Position numbers and translations under genes: made by a program. Shown piece after piece: positions 48,026 to 57,411 of a stretch of DNA of 64,000 nucleotides. The DNA comes from an uncultured Ruminococcus sp. (lineage in GTDB: Bacteria; Bacillota; Clostridia; Oscillospirales; Ruminococcaceae), in NCBI GenBank assembly GCA_946528545.1, contig CAMMYU010000179.1, positions 26,086-90,085 of the forward strand, written 5' to 3'. Positions within the stretch are counted from its first letter, which is position 1; each line of letters opens with the position of its first letter. A model generated the notes under the pieces. That model was given only the letters and a program-made list of their open reading frames with translations, did no database searches and had not been told where the DNA came from.

Positions 48026-49403
48026 TATGAGCAAAACAAAAACTCCCGTAACGGAGCAGGACCCCAAGGTCCGGGCAAGAAACTTCAAGGAGGTAACAGG
48101 CTGCTACACTCCCGAGGAGGCAATGAAAGAGGCTAACCGCTGTCTTAACTGCAAGGCTCGCCCATGTATGAACGGCTGCCCCGTAGGGGTGCGCATACCC
48201 GAGTTTATCGAAAAGGTAAGAGAGGGCAGGTTTGACGAGGCCTACAGCATTATAAAGTCTACAAATTCGCTGCCTGCTGTCTGCGGAAGAGTATGTCCGC
48301 AGGAGAGACAGTGCGAGGGCAGCTGTGTAAGAGGCAAGAACGGAGAGCCTGTCGGCATAGGCAGACTGGAGCGCTTCTGTGCTGACTACGCAAAGGATAA
48401 GGAGCAGACCGTCACAAAGGCCGAGCCTAACGGTCATAAAGTCGCAGTGGTTGGTGCAGGTCCTTCTGGACTGACTGCCGCAGGTGATCTTGCAAAGCTT
48501 GGCTATGAGGTCACAGTGTTTGAGGCCTTCCATACCGCAGGCGGAGTGCTCTCCTACGGAATACCCGAGTTCAGGCTCCCGAAGGATATAGTTAAGCACG
48601 AGGTCGAGAGCTTGGAGAAGATCGGTGTTAATATCATGACCGATATGGTAATCGGAAAGGTGCTCTCTGTAGATGAGCTTATGGAGCAGGGCTTTGAAGC
48701 TGTGTTTATAGGCTCGGGAGCAGGTCTGCCGAGATTTATGGGCATACCCGGGGAAACACTTATAGGTGTGTTCTCGGCTAATGAGTATCTGACAAGGATC
48801 AACCTTATGAAAGCATATAAGGAAGAGTACGCAACCCCGATAATGAAAAGCAAGGTGGTAGCGGTAGTCGGCGGCGGTAATGTTGCTATGGACGCTGCAA
48901 GAAGCGCTATGCGTCTTGGTGCTGAGCACGTTTATATTGTGTACAGGCGCTCAATGGACGAGCTTCCTGCAAGAAAGGAAGAGGTTCACCACGCTGTTGA
49001 AGAGGGAATTGAGTTTATGACCCTCTCGAATCCGACTGCTGTTATCGGCGACGATGACGGACACGTTATAGGAATGGACTGCGTTAAAATGGAGCTCGGT
49101 GAGCCCGACGAAAGCGGAAGAAGAAGCCCGAAGGTTGTTGAGGGCTCGGATTTCAGGCTTGAAACCGATACCGTTATAATGGCACTCGGTACATCTCCTA
49201 ACCCTATGCTCAGAAGCAGTACCCCCGGACTTGAGGTAAACAAGAGGGGCTGCCTTATCGTTGATGAGAGAGAAATGACCACCAAAGAGGGCGTTTTCGC
49301 CGGCGGTGACGCTGTAACAGGTGCGGCAACCGTTATACTTGCTATGGGTGCAGGAAAGAAGGCCGCAGAGTCTATTGATAAGTTTATTAAGGCAAAAGAA
49401 TAA
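48018..49403 (+). CDS. nfnB: Electron-bifurcating transhydrogenase large subunit (GltD-like)
   Basis: EANRCLNC...C..GCP, CGRVCPQERQCE, GAGPSG, GGGNVAMD; paired with nfnA. Confidence 0.9.
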   Translation: MADMSKTKTPVTEQDPKVRARNFKEVTGCYTPEEAMKEANRCLNCKARPCMNGCPVGVRIPEFIEKVREGRFDEAYSIIKSTNSLPAVCGRVCPQERQCEGSCVRGKNGEPVGIGRLERFCADYAKDKEQTVTKAEPNGHKVAVVGAGPSGLTAAGDLAKLGYEVTVFEAFHTAGGVLSYGIPEFRLPKDIVKHEVESLEKIGVNIMTDMVIGKVLSVDELMEQGFEAVFIGSGAGLPRFMGIPGETLIGVFSANEYLTRINLMKAYKEEYATPIMKSKVVAVVGGGNVAMDAARSAMRLGAEHVYIVYRRSMDELPARKEEVHHAVEEGIEFMTLSNPTAVIGDDDGHVIGMDCVKMELGEPDESGRRSPKVVEGSDFRLETDTVIMALGTSPNPMLRSSTPGLEVNKRGCLIVDEREMTTKEGVFAGGDAVTGAATVILAMGAGKKAAESIDKFIKAKE

Positions 49404-49495
49404 AAAATCTGTGAAAACACTTGCAGTATTGCGAAAAATCTGTTATACTTATGTTTGGTGTTAGTAAACCAAAAATCTGAAATGAGGTAGTAAAA

Positions 49496-49807
49496 ATGAA
49501 TTTAACAGTATTTGCTGAGCAGCAGGCATCAACTGCCCAGATGCTCATGACATTCCTTCCGCTGGTGCTTATCCTTCTGGTGTTCTATTTTATCATCATC
49601 AAGCCCCAGAGAAAGCAGGAAAAAGAAGACGCTAAAATGCGTGATAACCTTGAGATTGGCGATGAGGTTGTTACTAACGGCGGTATCGTTGGTATCATAT
49701 TCCAGATCAAGGAGGATACAGTTGTTATCGAGACAGGCGGAGACCGCAGCAAGATAAGAGTTAAGAAGTGGGCTATCGCTAAGAACGAGACTGTTCATGA
49801 CGACTAA
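49496..49807 (+). CDS. yajC: Preprotein translocase subunit YajC
   Basis: FYFIIIKPQRKQ...LEIGDEVVTNGGIVG. Confidence 0.95.
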   Translation: MNLTVFAEQQASTAQMLMTFLPLVLILLVFYFIIIKPQRKQEKEDAKMRDNLEIGDEVVTNGGIVGIIFQIKEDTVVIETGGDRSKIRVKKWAIAKNETVHDD

Positions 49808-49883
49808 AAAATTGCAGACCTTGACAGAGTGTCGAGGTCTGTATTTGTAAACTACGATAATCATTTTTGCAAGGAGGATCAGA

Positions 49884-50720
49884 ATGAAAGAGATAGAAAG
49901 ACTGAAGCAGTGCCTTGAAGCTGTCAGGGCTAAGACGGATTTTGTACCCGATGTTGCCTTAGTACTGGGCTCGGGACTGGGCGGCTTTGCCGACACCGTA
50001 AAGATTGAGGCTATAGTTGACTACAAGGATATACCGAATTTTCCGCACTCAACTGTGCTCGGTCACAAGGGGCGCTTTCTGTTCGGATATGTTGGCGATG
50101 TAAAAACTGTCATCATGGACGGCAGAGTTCACTACTACGAGGGCTATCCCACTAAAGACGTTGTGCTCCCTACAAGGCTTATGAAGCTTATGGGTGCAAA
50201 GGCGCTGTTTCTGACGAATGCTTCGGGCGGTATTAATAAGGCCTTCTCAGCAGGAGACCTTATGCTCATAACCGATCATATCTCAAACTTTGTTCCGAAT
50301 CCTCTTATCGGTGAGAACATCGACGAGCTGGGAGTGCGCTTCCCCGATATGAGCCACATCTACGATACGGAGCTCTCCGAAGCAATTGAAAAGAGTGCTG
50401 AAAAGATAGGCGCAAAGCTACAAAAGGGAGTATATATACAGCTTACAGGACCTTCCTATGAGAGCCCCGCCGAGATCAGAATGGCTGCCGTCCTCGGCGC
50501 TGACGCCGTAGGTATGAGCACTGCTGTTGAAGCTATCGCTGCAAACCACGCAGGCATGAGAGTCTGCGGTGTTTCCTGCATATCAAATCTTGCGGCAGGA
50601 ATAAGCCCCACTCCCCTCACTCATGCTGAGGTTCAGGAGTGTGCCGATAAGGTCGCACCTGTGTTCAGAGCACTTGTTACAGATAGTATTCAGCGCATTG
50701 CTGAGATAATTAATAAATAG
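49884..50720 (+). CDS. punA: Purine-nucleoside phosphorylase (trimeric type)
   Basis: LGSGLG, GRVHYYEG, GPSYESPAE, VGMST. Confidence 0.93.
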   Translation: MKEIERLKQCLEAVRAKTDFVPDVALVLGSGLGGFADTVKIEAIVDYKDIPNFPHSTVLGHKGRFLFGYVGDVKTVIMDGRVHYYEGYPTKDVVLPTRLMKLMGAKALFLTNASGGINKAFSAGDLMLITDHISNFVPNPLIGENIDELGVRFPDMSHIYDTELSEAIEKSAEKIGAKLQKGVYIQLTGPSYESPAEIRMAAVLGADAVGMSTAVEAIAANHAGMRVCGVSCISNLAAGISPTPLTHAEVQECADKVAPVFRALVTDSIQRIAEIINK

Positions 50721-50734
50721 ACTGGAGAAACATT

Positions 50735-52003
50735 ATGATAAGATTTTTTAACGGCAGAGTCCTGACTGCGGCAGATAAGGTTGAAGAGCTTGAGGTCTGG
50801 ACTGACAAGGACAAGATATGCTTTGTGGGTATTCCGACCGAGGAGAAGCTTGGAGAGACTGAATTCGAGCGTGAATATGACCTGAACGGCAACCTTCTTA
50901 TGCCTTCCTTCAAGAATGCACATACTCACTCGGCGATGACCTTCCTGCGCTCCTACGCAGATGACCTTCCTTTGCAGGAGTGGCTTTTTGACCGTGTGTT
51001 CCCGATGGAAGCTAAACTCACAGGCGAAAGAATTTACTGGCTGACAAAGCTTGCAATCATGGAATACCTGACAACAGGCTGCACAGCCTCATACGATATG
51101 TACTTTAAGCTTGATGACTATGTGAAAGCAAATGTAGAGTGCGGCTTCAGAACCGTAATGTGCGATGCAGTAAGCGGAGCTGCGGAAAGGATAGTCGAGC
51201 TTGAGGAACGCTATGACAGGCTCAACAGTATCTCTCCGCTTATAAGCTATCACCTCGGATTCCACGCTGAGTACACTGCAGAGCTTGGTCTTATGGAGGC
51301 TATCTCAAAGCTCGCTCATAAGCACAAGACCCACGTTTCAACTCACAATTCCGAGACCGCAAAAGAGGTCAGAGAGTGCGTTGAAAAGTATGGCAAGACC
51401 CCGACAGAACTTTTTGACAGCTTAGGGCTTTTCGACTTCGGCGGAACTACCTACCATAATGTACATCTTAGCGACCATGACATTGAGATTTTCAGAGATA
51501 AAGGTGTGTGGGCTGTACACTGCCCCGGCTCAAATATGAAGCTTGCAAGCGGTATCGCTCCGATAATGAAGCTCCACAATGCAGGTGTAGGCCTGGCTCT
51601 CGGAACTGACGGTCCTGCAAGCAATAACTGCCTTGATATGTTCAGAGAGATGTTCCTGATGACGGGCTTGCAGAAAATACAGCTTAATGACGCATCTGCC
51701 TGCCCCGCAGATCTCGTTCTTGACGCTGCTACAAGGGGCGGAGCTCTTGCGATGGGGCTCACTGACTGTGACAGCATAGCTGAGGGCAAGCAGGCTGACC
51801 TGATTGTCCTTGACCTGCACAGACCGAATATGCAGCCTCTCAACAATATACCGAAAAACATTGTCTACAGCGGCTCTAAGGAGAATGTAAAGCTCACAAT
51901 GTGCGCAGGAAAAATTCTCTACGAGAACGGCGAGTTCTTCATAAACGAAGACCCCGAGCTTATCTACAAAAAGGCAAATGAGATAATCAACGAAATGAAA
52001 TAG
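50735..52003 (+). CDS. Amidohydrolase, MtaD-like nucleoside deaminase
   Basis: NAHTH, HNSET, HCPGSNMKLASG, GTDGPASNN. Confidence 0.88.
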   Translation: MIRFFNGRVLTAADKVEELEVWTDKDKICFVGIPTEEKLGETEFEREYDLNGNLLMPSFKNAHTHSAMTFLRSYADDLPLQEWLFDRVFPMEAKLTGERIYWLTKLAIMEYLTTGCTASYDMYFKLDDYVKANVECGFRTVMCDAVSGAAERIVELEERYDRLNSISPLISYHLGFHAEYTAELGLMEAISKLAHKHKTHVSTHNSETAKEVRECVEKYGKTPTELFDSLGLFDFGGTTYHNVHLSDHDIEIFRDKGVWAVHCPGSNMKLASGIAPIMKLHNAGVGLALGTDGPASNNCLDMFREMFLMTGLQKIQLNDASACPADLVLDAATRGGALAMGLTDCDSIAEGKQADLIVLDLHRPNMQPLNNIPKNIVYSGSKENVKLTMCAGKILYENGEFFINEDPELIYKKANEIINEMK

Positions 52004-52004
52004 G

Positions 52005-52030
52005 AAAAGCTGCCTTACGGCAGCTTTTTT
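52005..52030 (+). terminator. Intrinsic terminator
   Basis: AAAAGCTGCC-TTAC-GGCAGCTTTTTT. Confidence 0.85.
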
Positions 52031-52133
52031 GCGTTATACCTTGCTCGGACAGTATTTTCTGATTGACAATACCGACATAATGTGGTACAATAAATGTAAG
52101 TATAGCATATATTGAGTTTTTTGTATCGGGGGT

Positions 52134-53051
52134 GTGAGCTTGGGACTAAAAATAGGCAGGTATGAACTGCCTGAATACAGCGTACTGATGTCGGTCTACG
52201 ATCAGGAGCTGCCCGAAAATCTCAATGAGAGTTTAGAATCCATGCTCATGCAGAGCTATCCGCCCTCGGATTTTGTACTGGTGTGTGACGGAAAGCTTAC
52301 AAATGAGCTTAATATAATTGCAAAGTCATTTCAGAATGAGTTCAAGACTATTTTCCGAATAATTCAGATAGATGAGAATGTAGGTGTCGGAAAGGCGTAT
52401 AATATCGGAATTGAAGCCTGTAAATGCGACTACATCGTAAAGATGGATTCCGATGATATTTCTATGCCTAACAGATGCCTGAAGCAGATGGCTCTTTTCG
52501 CAATACAGCCCGAGCTTGATATAGTCGGTACTTTTGTAGAGGAATTCAACAATGACACAGACGAGACTGTCTCTGTCAAGAAAGTGCCTATCCTACAGGA
52601 CGAGATAGTGACTTATGCCAGAAGAAGAAACCCCTTCAACAGGCAGACATTAGCTATCCGAAAGGAAAAGGCAGTAAGTATCGGCGGCTACAGCGATATG
52701 AAGCTTTGCGAGGATTATGAGTTTTCGGCAAGAATGCTCCGAAACGGCGCTATCGGACAGAATATCCCTGAGGTGCTGGTGCGCTACCGCATAAATGAAA
52801 ATACGGTCGATATACGCAAAAGTTGGAAACATACAAAAGCGTTTATCCGTGTGCGCTGGATAATCTTTCGGGCAGGAGATACAAGCTTCCGTGATTTTCT
52901 TATCCCCTGCATGACACAGCTTGCTCTGTTCATTCTGCCGAGACGCTTTACAGCGTGGTTCTACAGAAAGTTTTTAAGACACTCGGATCAGAAAAAGCAG
53001 GAAAAGAACGAAAACAGCTATCAGTCAGCTAAGAAACCTAAAAAAGCATAA
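52134..53051 (+). CDS. Glycosyltransferase family 2 (AmsE-like)
   Basis: YSVLMSVY, VLVCDG, MDSDD, EDY. Confidence 0.9.
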   Translation: MSLGLKIGRYELPEYSVLMSVYDQELPENLNESLESMLMQSYPPSDFVLVCDGKLTNELNIIAKSFQNEFKTIFRIIQIDENVGVGKAYNIGIEACKCDYIVKMDSDDISMPNRCLKQMALFAIQPELDIVGTFVEEFNNDTDETVSVKKVPILQDEIVTYARRRNPFNRQTLAIRKEKAVSIGGYSDMKLCEDYEFSARMLRNGAIGQNIPEVLVRYRINENTVDIRKSWKHTKAFIRVRWIIFRAGDTSFRDFLIPCMTQLALFILPRRFTAWFYRKFLRHSDQKKQEKNENSYQSAKKPKKA

Positions 53052-53118
53052 CTCCGACAGGAAAAAACTGTCGGAGTTTTTTTCTATTATCAAACCTGAC
53101 TGTTCAGCATATACTATA

Positions 53119-53598
53119 CTAAAGGTCAACATGGGCGCAGAAAATGCCCTGATCGGTAATGTCGATATAAGCATATGACGCAGGCATAAAATCCCTTGGG
53201 TTGCCTGCACTGCCGGGATTAAGAATGTGAATGCCGTCAACATACTCATAATACCTGCAGTGCGTGTGCCCGAAAAGAACTATCTGTGCATTAATACTCT
53301 TTGCCTGCTCAAGAAGCTTATCTGTAGTGTACTTCACTGCCCAGCGGTGTCCGTGAGTGAAGAATATCTTCAGCCCTGCGGGGGTCATATAAATATCACT
53401 GGACTTCGTAAATGAGCCAAAATCACAGTTGCCGCTTACAGTCAGCACCTTCTGGTCAAGGTAGTGATGCTTAACCTGATCGACCTCACGCTCGCCGTCA
53501 CCAAGGAAAATGAAAAGGTCAGCATTTCCGTTGCGCCTGAATATTTTTTTCACAGCCGAAAGATTTCCGTGTGTATCGGAAAAAACGATTATCCTCAT
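53119..53598 (-). CDS. YfcE-family metallophosphoesterase
   Basis: SDTHG, GD, GNCD, THGH, GHTH, NPGS. Confidence 0.93.
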   Translation of the reverse strand: MRIIVFSDTHGNLSAVKKIFRRNGNADLFIFLGDGEREVDQVKHHYLDQKVLTVSGNCDFGSFTKSSDIYMTPAGLKIFFTHGHRWAVKYTTDKLLEQAKSINAQIVLFGHTHCRYYEYVDGIHILNPGSAGNPRDFMPASYAYIDITDQGIFCAHVDL

Positions 53599-53637
53599 TT
53601 CAGCTCCCCCTTTCGGTCAGCGTGATACATTTCCCAG

Positions 53638-53666
53638 CATATTAATATATATAATAGCATAAATAT
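53638..53666 (+). promoter_or_regulatory. SigE-like promoter
   Basis: GCATATT-N14-CATAAATA. Confidence 0.4.
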
Positions 53667-53699
53667 TTAGAGATACTATTGAAAAAAGGAGAATTTTTT

Positions 53700-53963
53700 A
53701 TGAGCAAAAACAGATCGGGCTCTATAAGCCGTGAACAGGCAGATAAGCTTTTCAATATGACCGCAGGAAAGCTTGGCTCGGACAGCGAGACCCTCAGACG
53801 TGAATTCCAAAGCGGCAATTATCAGAGGGCGATGTCCTCACTTTCAAAAAGCGATGCGCAGAAGCTTCAGAAAGCGCTCTCAAACCCTGAGCTGACTGCA
53901 AAGGTGCTGAGCTCTCCGCAGGCAAGGGCTATCATGGAGAAGCTTTCAAAGGGCGGAAAGTAA
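53700..53963 (+). CDS. Small helical hypothetical protein
   Basis: AAAGGAG RBS; first gene of a three-gene unit. Confidence 0.75.
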   Translation: MSKNRSGSISREQADKLFNMTAGKLGSDSETLRREFQSGNYQRAMSSLSKSDAQKLQKALSNPELTAKVLSSPQARAIMEKLSKGGK

Positions 53964-53990
53964 GTTTTCTAATGAAAGGAGCAGGTCAGA

Positions 53991-54353
53991 ATGAATGAGC
54001 TTATGGATAAACTGCAAAGTGTCCTCAATGATGAGGAAAGCATGAAGCAGGTCAGAGAACTTGCTGATATGCTCTCGGGCGGAGAAGCAGGAAGCGCCTC
54101 TCCTGCAAGCGATGCTCAAAGCTCCTCGGTACCGCCCATTGACCCGATGCTCCTGATGAAAATTCAGGGTATTATGTCGCAGGCATCAAAACCCGACAAG
54201 AACATTGACCTGCTTATGGCACTGAGGCCTCTCCTGAAAGACGAAAACAAACAAAAGCTTGACCGTATAGTCAAGCTTTTCAGGCTTGTTTCACTCTACC
54301 CTGCCATAAAAGAAAGCGGTATCCTCGGAGGTGATCTGCTTGGCATCCTCTGA
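53991..54353 (+). CDS. Small hypothetical protein (LLxALRPLL motif)
   Basis: GAAAGGAG RBS; DLLMALRPLLKDENKQKLDRIVK. Confidence 0.8.
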   Translation: MNELMDKLQSVLNDEESMKQVRELADMLSGGEAGSASPASDAQSSSVPPIDPMLLMKIQGIMSQASKPDKNIDLLMALRPLLKDENKQKLDRIVKLFRLVSLYPAIKESGILGGDLLGIL

Positions 54354-54615
54354 GGACTTTTCTGCTATGCAGGAGGAGGCTATCCGCCGTGTCCGTGAAA
54401 TGCACAGGCGCTCTCAGGATTATGTCGGCGGACAGCCTTCCCGAAGCCCTGACCCGATCTCACAGCTTTTGTCAGGCTTCGGCAAGGGCGGACAGGGTAT
54501 AGGCTCGCTCGGCATTGATGAAGAAAAGGCACTGATAGCGCTCCTTATCTACATACTGTACAAGCAGGGCGCAGACGTTAAGCTTCTTCTGGCGCTCGGG
54601 TATCTGCTCCTCTAG
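54340..54615 (+). CDS. Small hypothetical protein
   Basis: GGAGG RBS with TTG start; MQEEAIRRVREM...LLLALGYLLL. Confidence 0.75.
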   Translation: MASSEDFSAMQEEAIRRVREMHRRSQDYVGGQPSRSPDPISQLLSGFGKGGQGIGSLGIDEEKALIALLIYILYKQGADVKLLLALGYLLL

Positions 54616-55073
54616 GTGAGAAGCGTTCCCACATAGTAAATAAGCCCATAGATAACACTTGCAAGCGTTCCGTAGAGAATTACAGGGCCGCTGATAATGA
54701 ATATCTTTGCTCCCACGCCTGTTATAAAGCCCTCTGCCTTGAATTCAAGGGCAGGTGCGCAGACTGAGTTTGCAAAGCCCGTTATCGGGACAAGCGTGCC
54801 TGCTCCTGCGTGCTTGGCAAGCTTCGGGTAAATGCCGAGACCTGTAAGCAGTGCGGACAGAAACACAAGTATCACCGAGGCAACTGTCGCACTGTTATCC
54901 TCAGTAAGCCCGAAGGCTGAGAACGCATCGAATATCCCCTGTCCCAGTATGCAGATAAGCCCGCCTGAGACAAATGCCTTCGGGACATTTATCCACCATT
55001 TTGAACCCTCAGCCGCCGATTTATACAGCTCACTGTACTGACTTCTTGTCATGTTCATTTCCATAAGGTTCAC
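54612..55073 (-). CDS. spoVAC: Stage V sporulation protein AC
   Basis: AFVSGGLICILGQ, AGAGTLVPITGFANS, SGPVILYG. Confidence 0.93.
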   Translation of the reverse strand: MNLMEMNMTRSQYSELYKSAAEGSKWWINVPKAFVSGGLICILGQGIFDAFSAFGLTEDNSATVASVILVFLSALLTGLGIYPKLAKHAGAGTLVPITGFANSVCAPALEFKAEGFITGVGAKIFIISGPVILYGTLASVIYGLIYYVGTLLT

Positions 55074-55091
55074 TCCGTATCAGTTTTTCTT

Positions 55092-55120
55092 TAGTATGCT
55101 CGTGGTAAGTGAAATTATGC
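55092..55120 (-). promoter_or_regulatory. SigG-type promoter of spoVAC
   Basis: GCATA-N17-CATACTA. Confidence 0.7.
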
Positions 55121-55177
55121 ATATAAAGGCTTTCTTTTGGTTAAAATGTTCATATTTGTTAATCTAGTTTTGTACAA

Positions 55178-55247
55178 TGTAAACGATAACGTTATTTGAA
55201 ATTTGTTAAAATAGTATCTTGAAAAAGGGGTAAAAATTATGTATTAT
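55178..55247 (+). promoter_or_regulatory. cre/LacI-like site plus SigA promoter
   Basis: TGTAAACGATAACG (55178-55191); TTGAAA-N17-TATTAT (55219-55247). Confidence 0.5.
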
Positions 55248-55300
55248 ATTAAATAGAGATTTTATATCTTCAATTGGGAAAAATTTAGGAGGTTATTACA

Positions 55301-56209
55301 ATGACAATCAAAAAGATTGCTGCTGCACTTTGTGCAATGGCTATGACAACTGCAATGTTCACTGCCTGCGGAGATTCTGATTCCTCTTCCAAGAGCGATA
55401 CTTCTTCCAAGAAGGCTGAGACAACAACCACCACTACTGCTGCTGAGGAAACTCCTGCTGCAAGTGAGGCTGAGAGTGGAGACGCTTCTGAGGCTGCTGC
55501 TGCACCTTCAAGCGATGAGCCTTACATTGATGAGGTAACAGGACTTGAGTGCCAGATTCCTGACCCGAACTACACTCCTGTAACTGAGTTCAAAGGTCAT
55601 GATGCATTCCTGATGTTCGCTGACTACAACTGGATGTGGTCAAACTTCGGCGGACAGGGCTATGACGAGGCTGACAGAGGCGACGGTGCTTTCGGTGTTG
55701 ACGCTGACGTAACAGGCGACGGTGAGTACACTGTAGCAATTACTGCTGATTCTATCGGCGCTAAAGATGCTGTAATGGGCAATCCTAACCCACAGATCGT
55801 TCTTGACGGTGATTATGTGCTTCCTGCACAGGGCGCAGTTGTATTCTGCATAGATATTACAGGTATCTGCGACGGTACACTTACTTGGGACAATCAGGAA
55901 ACCAAGAAGAACAAGCTCAAGGAAGATGATACAAACCTTGCTACAAGCGTAAGCTCAAAGGGTAAGTACACAGGTCAGGAGCTCAAGGTAGAGCTTACCT
56001 CTATCAAGATCGACGGCGAGGAGTTCCCGTTTGATGCTTCCAAGATCAAGTACGGTAACATCGAGGACGATAACAACAAGTACAGAATTGAGATCTACAA
56101 CGATTACGGCGATACTGCAAAGGATCCCGGAATTGACAAGGATGCTCTGATGTTCGCAAAGAGCCTTGAGTGTACATTCACTATCGAAGGAATGGATAAG
56201 GAAGGTTAA
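55301..56209 (+). CDS. Lipoprotein with S/T/E linker and a beta-rich, possibly carbohydrate-binding domain
   Basis: Lipobox FTAC; AFLMFAD..W.W, GDGEYTV, RIEIYNDYG. Confidence 0.75.
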   Translation: MTIKKIAAALCAMAMTTAMFTACGDSDSSSKSDTSSKKAETTTTTTAAEETPAASEAESGDASEAAAAPSSDEPYIDEVTGLECQIPDPNYTPVTEFKGHDAFLMFADYNWMWSNFGGQGYDEADRGDGAFGVDADVTGDGEYTVAITADSIGAKDAVMGNPNPQIVLDGDYVLPAQGAVVFCIDITGICDGTLTWDNQETKKNKLKEDDTNLATSVSSKGKYTGQELKVELTSIKIDGEEFPFDASKIKYGNIEDDNNKYRIEIYNDYGDTAKDPGIDKDALMFAKSLECTFTIEGMDKEG

Positions 56210-56227
56210 TAGCCTTACAAATAATCA

Positions 56228-56326
56228 AAGCCCGAAAGCGTAAACTTTCGGGCTTTTTCATATCTGCTCAGGCATATTGCCGATAATAAGCTGACAAAAA
56301 AGCCCCCGAATAAATTCGGGGGCTTC
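56228..56326. terminator. Two back-to-back terminators for the convergent genes
   Basis: AAAGCCCGAAAG...CTTTCGGGCTTTTT (+) and AAAAAAGCCCCCGAA...TTCGGGGGCTT (-). Confidence 0.8.
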
Positions 56327-56352
56327 TGCTATAGTACAGGGCTTTGCCTGAC

Positions 56353-57399
56353 TTAGTTCGCAAGACCTGATCTTTCGACACCTTCGATGAAGTACCGTTG
56401 TAAGAATACATACATGACAAGTATCGGTGTAATCGAAAGCAAACAACCTGCTTCAAGCCAAACGATGATCTGTCGGACAGATACTTGCTGACCGTCGAAC
56501 AGCGTCTGAGAAAGGTTTGTATTCAGGTTTTTCAGCATCAGCGCTACAGTATCGTTCTTGGTGAAGAATGACGAGGAAACATAATAGTCGTTCCAGTACC
56601 ATACTATCGAGAACAGGAATACTGTAAGGAATGATGACTTAGCATTCGGACACATAATCTTTACGAAGGTGTAAAGAGGACTGCATCCGTCAAGGTATGC
56701 CGCATCTTCAAGTTCCTTAGGCAATCCTCTGAAGAACTGACGGAAGATGAAGATGAACAGACCTGCACGCAGACCGTTTGCAAACAGCGCAGGCAGATAC
56801 ATTGTCCAGCCTGAGTTGATAAGCGAGGTCTCTCCGCCTGTGAGAAGCTTAGCAAGCCACTGCGGCTTGAAGTAAGCGTACTGCAGGTACAGAGGAATAG
56901 TTGTGATCTGCGGAGGAACGATAATCTGGAGAACAACGATTGCAAAAAGTATTGCCTTACCCTTGAACTTGAATCTTGCGAAGCCGTAGCCTGTTATCGA
57001 GCAGGTAATGACCTGAAGGACAGAAGCCACAAGGTTCAGGATAACTGTATTAACAACCGTCTTGTCGAAGTTCATAACTTCCCAGACATCGTTGATGTTC
57101 TGCATCGTGAAGCTCTTAGGCAGCCAAACAACCGAAGGGTCGTTCATCTGCTCGTTCGGTCTGAACGCTGTAGAGAGCATGAAGATGAGAGGATAAAGAA
57201 TTACAAAGCAGAGTCCGAAAAGGATAAGGAATCTGAAGAAGGGCCATACAGCACCGATCCACTTCCTACGCCTGTTATAGGCTATCTGTTCGGGAGTAAG
57301 GAATTTTTCAAGCCCGACCTCTTTCATGTGCTTGTAACGGGCTTTCTGGGCAGCCTTGCGTTCTTTTTCAAACTGTTTTTCTTCTTTTTTAGTTGCCAC
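56353..57399 (-). CDS. Carbohydrate ABC transporter permease (MalG-like)
   Basis: FFRGLPKELEDAAYLDG EAA motif. Confidence 0.93.
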   Translation of the reverse strand: MATKKEEKQFEKERKAAQKARYKHMKEVGLEKFLTPEQIAYNRRRKWIGAVWPFFRFLILFGLCFVILYPLIFMLSTAFRPNEQMNDPSVVWLPKSFTMQNINDVWEVMNFDKTVVNTVILNLVASVLQVITCSITGYGFARFKFKGKAILFAIVVLQIIVPPQITTIPLYLQYAYFKPQWLAKLLTGGETSLINSGWTMYLPALFANGLRAGLFIFIFRQFFRGLPKELEDAAYLDGCSPLYTFVKIMCPNAKSSFLTVFLFSIVWYWNDYYVSSSFFTKNDTVALMLKNLNTNLSQTLFDGQQVSVRQIIVWLEAGCLLSITPILVMYVFLQRYFIEGVERSGLAN

Positions 57400-57411
57400 T
57401 TAAATCCCCCC

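Noticed and set aside
48018-49403. Glutamate synthase small subunit
   Set aside because: No gltB nearby, and it is paired with an NfnA-type subunit, so NfnB is the better call
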